64,000 nt of DNA from a virus, in the IMG/VR virus record IMGVR_UViG_3300009157_000002, positions 9,949 through 73,948 of that record, one strand, 5' to 3'. The number at the start of each line of letters is the position of its first letter. The first letter of the stretch is position 1. Of this stretch, positions 8,509 to 17,761 are shown in pieces. A model generated the notes under the pieces. The model was given only the letters and a program-made list of their open reading frames with translations, did no database searches and had not been told where the DNA came from. The position numbers and the translations under genes were made by a program.

Positions 8509-9435
8509 TTAAATGATCAGATGGTTTGCCTTGTATTTAGCGTATTCGGGAAGGATGAGAGGCAAGATTCCATCTTCACGTTCACTTTGAATATCGTAGC
8601 CCTTGTAAACATTTGTTTCACGGGCTTCTTTTAAACGGAGCAGGGCCATATTTACTAAGAAATTTCCGACCTCTAAAAAATCGGAAACCATGTTAACTTC
8701 GAACTCACTATTAATGTCGTAAATAGTACAGAGATATGGGCGCTTAGTTTCGATAGTAATCATATAACCGGTTTTTGGTCTGTATTTTACCGGCAGCACT
8801 TTATGCAAAACTCGCATATAAAAAGCTTCGGAAACATGATAGTTTAAATTCGCTGCATGTTTTGAAAACCCTTCCGGTGAGCCGTCCTGTGTAGATTTAA
8901 CAGAAACGTAATATTGTTTTTCCAAATTTATTGCATCTGGCCGTACTCGTACTTTAACAGCGAAAGATTCATCAACCTGTAGCTCCGAATAGAAACTATG
9001 TTCCACCAGGGTACCTTGCATAAGCTCCATCGCTTTTTTATTACTGCGAATGGATTCACCCATAATTATAAGCTCTTCCATCATTTTATCAGAAACAAGG
9101 GATCTTCCTTGTTGCATAGCTAATTCCATTGTAGCTGCGCGATGTCGTTTGTTTTGAGTGTTCCTAAAATCCTTATCAGGATAAGGTTTCATCTCGTTTG
9201 TGTAATGAAGGAAGCGTTTATGGAATTGGTCGGGTTCCAGCAGCAGACAATGAATTGCGGAGCCTTTGATAAAGTGTTCTTTTTCTTCTTCATCATCCTC
9301 TTCTTCCAGTGCTGACTTATAATGTTGCGTACTGTTAAGAAGCTGCTTTACCTGGCTACTTGAGAGGTAATCTTTTTTTTCCAGGTATTCCTCAAAGCTA
9401 TCCTGAATACCAAAGTCGGGGGTATTAACGGCCAT
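8509..9435 (-). CDS. RecE-like PD-(D/E)XK exonuclease (DUF3799/ExoVIII)
   Basis: YLSSSQVK, GSAIHCLLLEP, VRVRPD, VSVKST, YHVSEAFY motifs; adjacent to recT. Confidence 0.85.
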   Translation of the reverse strand: MAVNTPDFGIQDSFEEYLEKKDYLSSSQVKQLLNSTQHYKSALEEEDDEEEKEHFIKGSAIHCLLLEPDQFHKRFLHYTNEMKPYPDKDFRNTQNKRHRAATMELAMQQGRSLVSDKMMEELIIMGESIRSNKKAMELMQGTLVEHSFYSELQVDESFAVKVRVRPDAINLEKQYYVSVKSTQDGSPEGFSKHAANLNYHVSEAFYMRVLHKVLPVKYRPKTGYMITIETKRPYLCTIYDINSEFEVNMVSDFLEVGNFLVNMALLRLKEARETNVYKGYDIQSEREDGILPLILPEYAKYKANHLII

Positions 9436-9673
9436 TAATATAATTGATTGAGTCTGTTAAACATTTAATTTGTTCGTTCTTTGATTTGATTGTTTTATCC
9501 TGGGAGTAACATGTGTAACAAAGAATAGCAACCACTAATAGTAGTAGCTTAAACCCATATTTATAGGGCCTGTATCTTTTAGTGATCCGGTGATACTCCA
9601 TTGAATACGGTAATCCCGTATCAAGATCATTTATCATTCTACTTGTTCTCGTATACATTTTATTCGATTTCAA
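9425..9673 (-). CDS. Small membrane protein
   Basis: One hydrophobic segment (LLLLVVAILCY). Confidence 0.55.
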   Translation of the reverse strand: MKSNKMYTRTSRMINDLDTGLPYSMEYHRITKRYRPYKYGFKLLLLVVAILCYTCYSQDKTIKSKNEQIKCLTDSINYINGR

Positions 9674-9866
9674 TGATAACTGCTGTAGGACAAATAGCCC
9701 TGATTTTAGCTTGTATAGATCGTACAGAACCGCGAAGTACTTCTGTATGCGTTTGATCGTAAGCTTTGAATCTTACAACCCTTACGTCCTGGTCTGCCTT
9801 TTCCATTTCATGTTGAATTTTCTTTTCCATTTTGTCCTCCATTTCTTCCTTTTCAAATGGATTCAT
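9660..9866 (-). CDS. Hypothetical protein
   Basis: 68-aa ORF within the operon. Confidence 0.55.
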   Translation of the reverse strand: MNPFEKEEMEDKMEKKIQHEMEKADQDVRVVRFKAYDQTHTEVLRGSVRSIQAKIRAICPTAVIIEIE

Positions 9867-9989
9867 GGAATTATTTTTTTTTAAATTTCCTGTCTGTTTT
9901 TTTAGTGTATTCGGGGTGCTTTGATTTCATCGCTGAATAATATTCTCGTTTAGCAATCTTAATTTTATCCTTTTCGGATTCAGGGATTT

Positions 9990-10286
9990 TCATGGATTTA
10001 ATTTTTTATTTGATTTCCCAATCAGATAAGCATGAAGTGAGCTTTTGAGATATAGAACATCTTTGCCGGGTTTACTTGCTATGATCGGACTTCCAGGTTC
10101 GTCCCTGTATTTTGTAAGTGTAGTAACGCTTATATTCATAAATTCACATGCTTGGTCTGCTACTAACCATATTTCTTTTTGTCCTTGCATTTCTTCCATA
10201 ACAACCTTAATAGTGTTTATAGCTACGCTTTTTACAAGCTCATCAAATGCAGGTGTGTTTACTTCAAGGAGATTAATAGTTGACAT
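9990..10286 (-). CDS. Excisionase-like HTH (HTH_17) protein
   Basis: WLVADQACEFMNISVTTLTKYR..VLYLKSSL. Confidence 0.75.
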   Translation of the reverse strand: MSTINLLEVNTPAFDELVKSVAINTIKVVMEEMQGQKEIWLVADQACEFMNISVTTLTKYRDEPGSPIIASKPGKDVLYLKSSLHAYLIGKSNKKLNP

Positions 10287-10288
10287 GA

Positions 10289-10561
10289 TTATTTTTTTAG
10301 GATTAATTCCTTTTCGCTTTTTAGAAGATCAACCATTTGTTCAAGCTTTTCGGTGATTTCCTCGTTTGCAGATTGGGTTTGCAGACAAAGGCGAAAATCC
10401 TTTTTTATCTCATCTGTATTATCATCTGGAAAATACCGCTTAAAGAAGGTCCAGGTGTCTCTTATTTGCATACTCCTTAATGCTACCTTTGTAAGGATCA
10501 CTCTAATCTTTAAATATTCGCTTTCCGTTAGATGGTCTGATTGTATTATTATTTTTGACAT
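10289..10561 (-). CDS. First gene of the leftward operon (Cro position), putative DNA-binding protein
   Basis: Divergent from the cI-like gene; function from position only. Confidence 0.5.
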   Translation of the reverse strand: MSKIIIQSDHLTESEYLKIRVILTKVALRSMQIRDTWTFFKRYFPDDNTDEIKKDFRLCLQTQSANEEITEKLEQMVDLLKSEKELILKK

Positions 10562-10609
10562 AACCGATATTATTATTATCTTTACACGTGTACATTGCGT
10601 GGTGCAAAA

Positions 10610-10627
10610 TTACATTTAAAAATGTAA
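10610..10627. promoter_or_regulatory. Operator TTACATTTAAAAATGTAA (putative repressor site)
   Basis: 8-2-8 palindrome in the cI/cro interval next to a leftward TAATTTTG -7 box; related copies at 10724, 11767 and 26657. Confidence 0.65.
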
Positions 10628-10745
10628 CACATTTAAAATATTTTTAAAAATTTTTTAAAAACGCGATGGAAAGCCCTAAAATCGCAGACTTCTCAAACGG
10701 ACAACAATTATTGTGTATAAGGATTACATTTTAAACTGTAACAGT

Positions 10746-11294
10746 ATGGAAAACCCCCTTAAAATGGACATCAATGAGCGCATCAATGAGCTTATAAAAG
10801 TTTTAGGATTAAATATAAATAGTTTTGCTAGGGGATTAGGAATGCCACGTAGTACGGTTATCAGTCAAATTGTAAAAGGCATTATAAAAAATGGCGCTCT
10901 AACATTCACAAAGCCAAGCTACGAGACGATTATCGCTATCGTTACATTTTATAAAGTAAGTCCCTCTTGGTTATTATTGGGCGAAGGGCCTATGTTTAGT
11001 GTAGATGTAAGTATTGTAGATACTAAATTTTTAAAGGAAAAAGATGAACGAATAGCTATGCTTCAAAAAGCTTTAGCAGAAATGGTATTTCAGCAGGAGT
11101 TACTTGAAAAGACGATAGCGCAGATAGGAGGCGGGCAAGACCAACATGAAGTGATTGATATTATAAGGGCACGATTTGAAACTTTTGCAAAAACAACAGC
11201 GCAGATACCACAGGGACAAAAAGTTGCTATTAACAGACAAAACCCGTTACGCGATCACATTGAAAAAAACATAAAAAAGCCAAAGACAAGTTAA
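10746..11294 (+). CDS. CI-like repressor (XRE HTH), no S24 peptidase domain seen
   Basis: INERINELIKVLGLNINSFARGLG..KPSYETI..VSPSWLLLGEGPMF; start at 10746 or 10764. Confidence 0.8.
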   Translation: MENPLKMDINERINELIKVLGLNINSFARGLGMPRSTVISQIVKGIIKNGALTFTKPSYETIIAIVTFYKVSPSWLLLGEGPMFSVDVSIVDTKFLKEKDERIAMLQKALAEMVFQQELLEKTIAQIGGGQDQHEVIDIIRARFETFAKTTAQIPQGQKVAINRQNPLRDHIEKNIKKPKTS

Positions 11295-11686
11295 TTTTCA
11301 AAAGACACTCCAAGGACACAGATAAATTTTGAAATTTGTTCGTTGTTTAGCGTATAGAATCGAATAAGGGTATGATAGTGAATATTATGGTTATCATCTA
11401 CAAGAAACCAGAACCTAAAAATGGACTCTAAAAACAGCTTACTCATCATAAGACAATCAGTGGTCCTACTTTCTATAATCACAGGATAATTTTCATATTT
11501 TAAAAGCCCAATAATTTTAATCATTTTCGAAATATTCTCTATCTCTCTTTTTGTCTTTTTATCTGGCTCTTTAATAGAAGTTTGGTACAATTCAAGGATG
11601 TAATTCAAGGCATCGGAAACTACATCATAACCACCTGTTTTTTTAATAATAACATGGTCGAAAAAACTGTTGTTATTGCTTCTCAT
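11291..11686 (-). CDS. Hypothetical moron between cI and integrase
   Basis: 131-aa AT-rich ORF with its own upstream region containing an operator copy at 11767. Confidence 0.5.
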   Translation of the reverse strand: MRSNNNSFFDHVIIKKTGGYDVVSDALNYILELYQTSIKEPDKKTKREIENISKMIKIIGLLKYENYPVIIESRTTDCLMMSKLFLESIFRFWFLVDDNHNIHYHTLIRFYTLNNEQISKFICVLGVSFEN

Positions 11687-11906
11687 CTTGATTTTTAATA
11701 ATGGTTAAATAATATGATCGGTGAAATCAGTGTACAAAGGAAGGTACAGAAAGAAAGCTGTTGTGGTTACATTTAAAAATGCAAAATGCAAACGTACAAC
11801 TTTTTTGCAAAGATGTACAAAAAAACACACACGAAAAAAGATTAAAAGACAGAGATTGTCTTCATGTAAGATAAGTGTGAAAATAGATTGGTTTTGAATA
11901 GAAGGA

Positions 11907-13295
11907 TTAGCTTGGTTTTTTTTCTTCGAAATGCAAATGCTCTACCACCCTTTTGTTTATCAGAAGTGAATCTTCGTAATGATCTCCAATTATTTTATCG
12001 GTAGTATGTCCGGTAATTTCTTTAGCCCGATCACCAGAAATAGCTTTGAGATAAGTGATATAAGTTTTACGTAAACTCTTAAAACTTATCTTTGGTCTTG
12101 GATTTTCGATTTGCAAATAGTAATGTTTAAATCCTTTACACATACTATTATTTACGTAAGCTCTATTCGTTATTTGTGGAGCAATAATATATTCATCTTT
12201 CCCTTTCTTTTCTTTCCAGCCAATTTCTAATAAGAGGGTAGCCAATTGTGGGGTAATTGGAATTTCTATTGGTTCCTTTTCATCCCCTAACTTTTTATTT
12301 AAGATACGCTCAACCTTGTAATCATTATAGGATAGTAAGCCACCAAGTAGTTCTCCGGTTTCTTTATATGGCAAAACATCAATCCATTTTAGCATGACAA
12401 GTTCTTCTGCTCTTCGGCCTCCGCCTAACAAAGCTAGTTTAATGGCTGTTTTTAACCAGGGACGATACATATTTTTATTTAATACTCTAGGGCTTTGGGC
12501 TCTGGTATTATAATGAATGGAACAAATATGGTTACCATTGTCGATCTTATCTAATACTTGATGATACTCTTCCATGAGTGCCATTTTGGGTTTTGTTTTA
12601 GATGATCTGCGCTCAATATGTTTGAATGGGTTTTTACAAGGGTAATCGGCATTAACAAGGAATTCAAAGAATCTACTTACGCAGTCTACATAGGCATTGT
12701 ATCTGTATGAAGTAATTGTTTTACCATCTTTTTTCTTCTTATTAATAACGAACGTATAATATTTACCTGCATGTGAATCTGTGATTAAACGGATAGGAGT
12801 ATCTTTTCCTATACATACTTTTAAAACGTCTAATATTGCATAGTTATCTTTGAGCCAGCGAGGATTGCGGTTATGCTGCCTATGCTCTGGTACATTTTCA
12901 TTGCGCAAAAACTTTTCATAAAACTCAATCGCTGTGCCTATGGTAATATCTTTATCTGTAGGCTGATTGTTTTCTTTGTTAGGGTCATACTTTTCTATTT
13001 CATCCCTTAATTGTTTACATGTAATGAATGGCAATCTTTTTTCATTCGCATTAATATAGTTTATAGCTCTATCTTTTAAATTACTTATTTTTTGATTGGC
13101 CTCCGCACAATTTGGAAAAGGATCTTTTTTTAGAGTTTTAATAGAAAGCTTGCCTTCATCCCATTGAGGGATTGTACAAGAAAGTTTTGTTTTGATTGGT
13201 AAAGTATCTCCAAGGTGGCAGATACGAATTAAGATTGGATAGGTCTGATCCTCTTTGGAGCGACGTTTATCAAAGTAGATATATGCTGAAGCCAT
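11907..13295 (-). CDS. int: Tyrosine integrase with N-terminal arm-binding domain
   Basis: IYFDKRRSKEDQTYPILIRI arm domain; catalytic GGRRAEE (R), KSLRKTY (xxR), TGH and DHY residues. Confidence 0.9.
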   Translation of the reverse strand: MASAYIYFDKRRSKEDQTYPILIRICHLGDTLPIKTKLSCTIPQWDEGKLSIKTLKKDPFPNCAEANQKISNLKDRAINYINANEKRLPFITCKQLRDEIEKYDPNKENNQPTDKDITIGTAIEFYEKFLRNENVPEHRQHNRNPRWLKDNYAILDVLKVCIGKDTPIRLITDSHAGKYYTFVINKKKKDGKTITSYRYNAYVDCVSRFFEFLVNADYPCKNPFKHIERRSSKTKPKMALMEEYHQVLDKIDNGNHICSIHYNTRAQSPRVLNKNMYRPWLKTAIKLALLGGGRRAEELVMLKWIDVLPYKETGELLGGLLSYNDYKVERILNKKLGDEKEPIEIPITPQLATLLLEIGWKEKKGKDEYIIAPQITNRAYVNNSMCKGFKHYYLQIENPRPKISFKSLRKTYITYLKAISGDRAKEITGHTTDKIIGDHYEDSLLINKRVVEHLHFEEKKPS

Positions 13296-13304
13296 CGTTT
13301 ATTA

Positions 13305-13605
13305 ATTTGCCAGTAATTTGCCAGTAAAATGTTATTTCATCTTGTTTCATCTTGTTTCATCCGAGATAAAATCTTTGAAATTTTAGTAAATTTAAGTGTT
13401 TGGGCAAAGATGAAAGTAGTAATTTCTAGTTTAGAAAACTGTTGCTCTATCCAGTTGAGCTAAGGGATCAAAACTTATATATCCTTATCTAGTGCTGTGT
13501 TGCACGAATTTGGCAAATTTGATTTACCAAAATAAATACTTCCATTTGCCAGTAATTTGCCAGTAAAGTATAAAATTGGTTCATTTTGGTTCATTTTGGT
13601 TCATT
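13305..13605. mobile_element. attP site
   Basis: Identical 24-bp ATTTGCCAGTAATTTGCCAGTAAA at 13305 and 13544; triple 10-bp repeats at 13335-13361 and 13576-13605; tRNA fragment between them; adjacent to int. Confidence 0.8.
13428..13469 (-). pseudogene. 5' half of tRNA-Arg(UCU) (att core)
   Basis: GATCCCTTAGCTCAACTGGATAGAGCAACAGTTTTCTAAACT: acceptor 5' strand, D arm and anticodon loop with TCT; no T arm follows. Confidence 0.75.
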
Positions 13606-13688
13606 TATATGATTATCGAGTGCAAAGTTAATAAATCTATTTACATACACGTGGATCAACATTATACTAATTTGTTTTTTGAATGTTT

Positions 13689-14108
13689 TCATTTTCTTAT
13701 TATTGAATGAAAGTACCAGTGCTGTGCTTTGTTTTTAATTTTCTCTATTTCTTCCGCTGTTGGAGTTGATTGCCCTGGCAGCACGGCAAAAAAATCCAGA
13801 TAATTTCCTCTGTTTACACTAAAAATCATTAAGGGCTGTTTTTTTAAACAAATAACAAATTTAGCTCCCGGTAGGGTTGGCACATTATCGGAGAAAATAA
13901 AATTCGGAAATGGATTATTAGATTTAATTTTAGCAATCATTTTTAGTAATTCAGGATCTTTAAATAACTCTTCAATTTCCTGATCGGAGGCTTTTGTAAG
14001 CCGTTGATCTATCTCAATTAAAATAGCTTTACAGTAAACACAAACGTGCAGCTTATCGCTTACCTGTGATTCAGGAGTTACGATCCTTTTGCAATTGGGA
14101 CACATCAT
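13689..14108 (-). CDS. Zn-ribbon hypothetical protein
   Basis: CPNC..CVYC N-terminus. Confidence 0.6.
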   Translation of the reverse strand: MMCPNCKRIVTPESQVSDKLHVCVYCKAILIEIDQRLTKASDQEIEELFKDPELLKMIAKIKSNNPFPNFIFSDNVPTLPGAKFVICLKKQPLMIFSVNRGNYLDFFAVLPGQSTPTAEEIEKIKNKAQHWYFHSIIRK

Positions 14109-14113
14109 ACTTT

Positions 14114-14323
14114 TTATATTTCAGGCTTGTTTAAAAATTTTTCGCAGGCTTCTTTTATGGCTTTAATTTTCTTTGTGATATTTTTTAGTTGTTCCGGTGT
14201 AAATCTTTCATTTACTAAATTCTGGTTAAGTTTATTTTGAAGTTCCCCCCTGCTTATTCCAATTGATTTGGCAAAATTAGATTTCTTTATGTCGGCTAAT
14301 TTTAATAGCTCTGTTAGTTTCAT
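14114..14323 (-). CDS. Small HTH DNA-binding protein
   Basis: KKSNFAKSIGISRGELQNKLN..RFTPEQL. Confidence 0.7.
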   Translation of the reverse strand: MKLTELLKLADIKKSNFAKSIGISRGELQNKLNQNLVNERFTPEQLKNITKKIKAIKEACEKFLNKPEI

Positions 14324-14399
14324 TTTTCTTCCCTTTATTAACGTTCAAATATACAGTTATTTTTATTTTACGTTTGATTGCTTTTTTAAATTTCTTTAT

Positions 14400-14516
14400 T
14401 ACATTTGTCCTGAGTCCAATGACTTGTTATTGAAGCCCTAATTTTGTAGGGTATGTATAACAAAATTGTGATTTGCTTTCAAAATGTAGTCCCCGGCATA
14501 TACCGGGGACTTTTTT
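14400..14516 (+). ncRNA. Putative sRNA (promoter, hairpin, terminator; no long ORF)
   Basis: TACATTTG -7 box at 14400; TTGTTAT/ATAACAA and CCCTA/TAGGG stems; strong terminator. Confidence 0.45.
14488..14516 (+). terminator. Intrinsic terminator
   Basis: AGTCCCCGG-catata-CCGGGGACT followed by a T run. Confidence 0.8.
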
Positions 14517-14598
14517 ATTTGTCTTTTAAAATTTGTATGGCATAGTCTAAAATTTTGCCTCAGTATAAATGTGTAATATTTGTTACTTCTAGTTCGGT

Positions 14599-14949
14599 TT
14601 ACTTTTTGGTTCGTTCTAAAAATTCTCTTGCAAAAGTAACAGCGGCTTCTCTTGCCATTTGAAGTGTAGGCATTTGGATTGTTTCCTCAATCTGGAACCC
14701 GTGTTTTTTCACTCGACAATAAAATGTATCTGATAATTTATGATCTGAAATGATAACCTTATAAGGGATAAATTCTAAAAAAATTGCAGCCCAGGTTTCA
14801 GCGGCTTGCCGGGCAAGCTCAGGGGCTTCATAGGGGTATGAGTTATGAATTCTTGTTGCATTGTCCCATATACTGCATTTGTACTCATCTCGTACTGGAT
14901 GATATTTTTCAATAAACTTAAAAGCATGAGCATTCTTTGAGTTTTTCAT
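14599..14949 (-). CDS. Hypothetical early protein
   Basis: 116 aa; leader shared with the 19883-20065 gene. Confidence 0.6.
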   Translation of the reverse strand: MKNSKNAHAFKFIEKYHPVRDEYKCSIWDNATRIHNSYPYEAPELARQAAETWAAIFLEFIPYKVIISDHKLSDTFYCRVKKHGFQIEETIQMPTLQMAREAAVTFAREFLERTKK

Positions 14950-15163
14950 TTGGCTTTACCGTTACTGTGGTTCTCAGGTTCTTAAATGATGGTTAATTAT
15001 TACAAACTTTTGGGCTGAAATTTTGCCTCATTGTAAGCGTTCGATACGTTTGGCGCTTGGCACAAGTGGCATTTGTGGCATTTTATTCGTGTCGTTTGTG
15101 CCATTAGTGCCACAAACGCCAATACTATTTGTTAGTAGTTAAGTTTATTCATTTCTCATTGGT

Positions 15164-15502
15164 TTATTTTGCAATGCTATTTATAAGCTCCAATAATTTA
15201 GCGGCGGATTTCGCTTTAGGATCAAAGCATTTACCCCCTATATGCCAATTGTATTTTGATTTCCTGAACTCTTCTACTTCTGGGTATCGGCTATGATACA
15301 AATTAGTTGATTTGTAATCGTATATTGTAACGATTTCCCCTGTTTCGGTATCTTCCAAAACCCATTCGGTAGAAACTTTGTCCCCGCTTTCCCCATTAGG
15401 CTCTCCAAATACCTCTACTAACTGGTTAAAAGTTATTGGTTTTGTCTCTCCAAATAACCCCGTGTTAAGAGGTTTATTTGTTGGTTTAAATGTGTGTTTC
15501 AT
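15164..15502 (-). CDS. Conserved phage early protein
   Basis: LVEVFGEP..DKVSTEW..TIYDYK..WHIGG motif set. Confidence 0.75.
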   Translation of the reverse strand: MKHTFKPTNKPLNTGLFGETKPITFNQLVEVFGEPNGESGDKVSTEWVLEDTETGEIVTIYDYKSTNLYHSRYPEVEEFRKSKYNWHIGGKCFDPKAKSAAKLLELINSIAK

Positions 15503-15617
15503 GGTAGTTAGTTTTTTTGTGGTTAATTACTAAATTTCGCCTTATAATAGAGGGCTGATAAGGTTTATTTTCAGTTACGTTTAATTCTTTTGCTCTTCTT
15601 TCCAGGTTGCTTCAAAA

Positions 15618-15935
15618 TCAAATTGTTATATAGTAGTAATTTTTTGTTTCGGATATTTCTACAGCAAAATCTACCGTAGTCCTACAAACAAACGCTTTCT
15701 TAATTCGATCTTTATATTCAAAAATGGCATAACATTTACCGTTTTTAATCATATAATCTGTGTAAAATGTTCCTATAGGCTTTTCTATTTTATATTTTTC
15801 AGGCCCATGTTTATATGCGTCAATCATTGCTTGTTTTGCATCTTTAAAAGTTACCGGAGTATCTATATTTAACTTTTTCATGCAGGCCCAAAATTTTACT
15901 TGTTCCTTAGTTGGATCAAATGGTTTCTTTTTCAT
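15618..15935 (-). CDS. Hypothetical early protein
   Basis: 105 aa; AAAACTAACTACCATG leader identical to that of the 15502 gene. Confidence 0.6.
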   Translation of the reverse strand: MKKKPFDPTKEQVKFWACMKKLNIDTPVTFKDAKQAMIDAYKHGPEKYKIEKPIGTFYTDYMIKNGKCYAIFEYKDRIKKAFVCRTTVDFAVEISETKNYYYITI

Positions 15936-15946
15936 GGTAGTTAGTT

Positions 15947-16426
15947 TTAAATTTTTGCAAGAGTTTCACTTATTTCTTTTAAATCGTTTTCGTGTTTTTC
16001 ATCCCAAAAATCCGGTGCATCGTACTTTAAATTTGTAAGCGCGGCGGCGGCTCTGAGTAAAGCAAGTTTCATTTCTGGTGCTGCTTTTAATAATGGAGCA
16101 ATAGCGGTTAAATTTTTAGTATTTTGTTTTGCCGGAAATTCGCCGCCGTCTTCATTATGATCCTCTTGTGCTGCAATTTCTTCGTATGCGAGGGTTATTA
16201 AATCTTCAATAATTTGTTTTTGTTTTTTAATGGATACGTTTTTCTCTTTTTTAAACGGGGCTTTTTCTATTTTACCTCCGAACATTCGAGCCTTTTTAAT
16301 AGCCTCCCCCCTTGTATACTCAATTGGATTATCTTCGTGCGGATAACCTAAATATCCGTTTTTATGTTGATCTTCCTTTGCTGTGTGACCTATGAGTAAT
16401 TTTACTCTGTACATTTGATTTTTCAT
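15947..16426 (-). CDS. Hypothetical early protein
   Basis: Likely start MKNQMY at 16426; C-terminal LLKAAPEM motif common in phage proteins. Confidence 0.6.
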   Translation of the reverse strand: MKNQMYRVKLLIGHTAKEDQHKNGYLGYPHEDNPIEYTRGEAIKKARMFGGKIEKAPFKKEKNVSIKKQKQIIEDLITLAYEEIAAQEDHNEDGGEFPAKQNTKNLTAIAPLLKAAPEMKLALLRAAAALTNLKYDAPDFWDEKHENDLKEISETLAKI

Positions 16427-16457
16427 GTTGTTTGTTTTAAATTTGGTTAAATTATTT

Positions 16458-16925
16458 TTATATTTTTCCTTGGTCTGCAAAACTGTAAAAACTTTCATTT
16501 GTTAAAATAATGTGATCTAAAAGGTTTATTTCTAAAAGTAGCGCAGCTTGTTTTAATTTTTCTGTTAATTTTATATCTGCATTGCTTGGTTCATAATTTC
16601 CCGACGGGTGGTTATGGCATAGAATTATAGCGTGTGCGTTCATTAGTAATGCAGCTTGTAAAACAATTTTGGTATCAACTACGGTTGCTGCTGTTCCTCC
16701 AATGGATATTTTAAAAAACCCAATAACCTTGCACCCTCTGTTTAATCCTATCATTGTCATTTCCTCTATGTAGTCCATTTTATTAGACCACATAGCGCGA
16801 AAGATTTCTACTGATTCGGTGGAGTTGCTAATTTTTTTCATTTGACTGAGCGGCCTCTTTGATTTATAATTTAGTTCAACCTCTGAAACTAAATTTCCTG
16901 CGAATAAATTTGTCTGGTTTTCCAT
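16458..16925 (-). CDS. radC: RadC/JAB-domain protein
   Basis: E..ISIGG..HNHPSGNYEPSNAD..LLDHII JAMM motif. Confidence 0.92.
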   Translation of the reverse strand: MENQTNLFAGNLVSEVELNYKSKRPLSQMKKISNSTESVEIFRAMWSNKMDYIEEMTMIGLNRGCKVIGFFKISIGGTAATVVDTKIVLQAALLMNAHAIILCHNHPSGNYEPSNADIKLTEKLKQAALLLEINLLDHIILTNESFYSFADQGKI

Positions 16926-16952
16926 CTTGTATATATTGGTTAAAAATTTCGC

Positions 16953-17471
16953 CTATTCATTTCTCATTGTTCCATCTTCTTCAAACGTATAACCGTTCGC
17001 CTCAATTGTTTCAATTATAGATGTATCACTTTGTAGATATTCAGATTCCTTTTGTAACATCATGGAATAATCTTCCAAAAGAGATTTTAAAAAATCCTCT
17101 TCCATTTCGTTCGCCTTTTCGTCAAAATCTTGCGTATCGCCGTTATCAATTTGTTGCTGGTATTCGCTTACAAGTTTATCCCAATCCTCGATAAAAGAAG
17201 CGGCTGTTTTATATGTTTCGCAATGTTTCCCGTGATTCTCTTTTATCTTATGGGCTACTTCATAAGCATTTAATAAAAATTCTCCTTCTGCGTGCCTATT
17301 CCTATCAAGTCCGAAGTATGTAATTTTCAAACCAATATTTTTAGCGTCTTCGTAAGTAGTGTTCCACCAATCATAATAAACATTTAAATCTCTTAAATTG
17401 TTTAATGCGTTTTCCTTTGCGTCTTCGCTTAATTCTTTAAACTCGTAAATATTTGTTTTTATAGTTTTCAT
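16953..17471 (-). CDS. Acidic putative antirestriction protein
   Basis: IYEFKELSEDAKENA..EYLQSD..IEANGYTFEEDG; very acidic; next to radC. Confidence 0.55.
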   Translation of the reverse strand: MKTIKTNIYEFKELSEDAKENALNNLRDLNVYYDWWNTTYEDAKNIGLKITYFGLDRNRHAEGEFLLNAYEVAHKIKENHGKHCETYKTAASFIEDWDKLVSEYQQQIDNGDTQDFDEKANEMEEDFLKSLLEDYSMMLQKESEYLQSDTSIIETIEANGYTFEEDGTMRNE

Positions 17472-17476
17472 GTTAT

Positions 17477-17761
17477 TTATTTTTTAAGGGTTAAAGATTT
17501 ATTATGTGCATTTAATGTGTGACCATATCCGGCATAACAACAATAGCATAAACTATTATATTTTATATTTTCGGATATACTGGAAGACAAATCCGTTATT
17601 CCGTCACACATAACACTTTCAAGTGTTTCTTCCCCTGTTCTTTTAGATTTCCATAGATCCATTCGAAAAAAGCTATTATCTACCGGAAAATAGTATTTAG
17701 GCGTGCTAAATCCGTATGTACATTCGAAAGGTTCAGCGAAGGGGATAATTATGTTTTTCAT
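17477..17761 (-). CDS. Hypothetical protein (CYCC..HT..AH C-terminus)
   Basis: Likely start MKNIII at 17761. Confidence 0.55.
   Translation of the reverse strand: MKNIIIPFAEPFECTYGFSTPKYYFPVDNSFFRMDLWKSKRTGEETLESVMCDGITDLSSSISENIKYNSLCYCCYAGYGHTLNAHNKSLTLKK

Noticed and set aside
13305-13605. CRISPR array or replication iterons
   Set aside because: The repeats are short, tandem and spacer-less, and they flank a tRNA fragment beside an integrase, which fits att arm and Xis sites.
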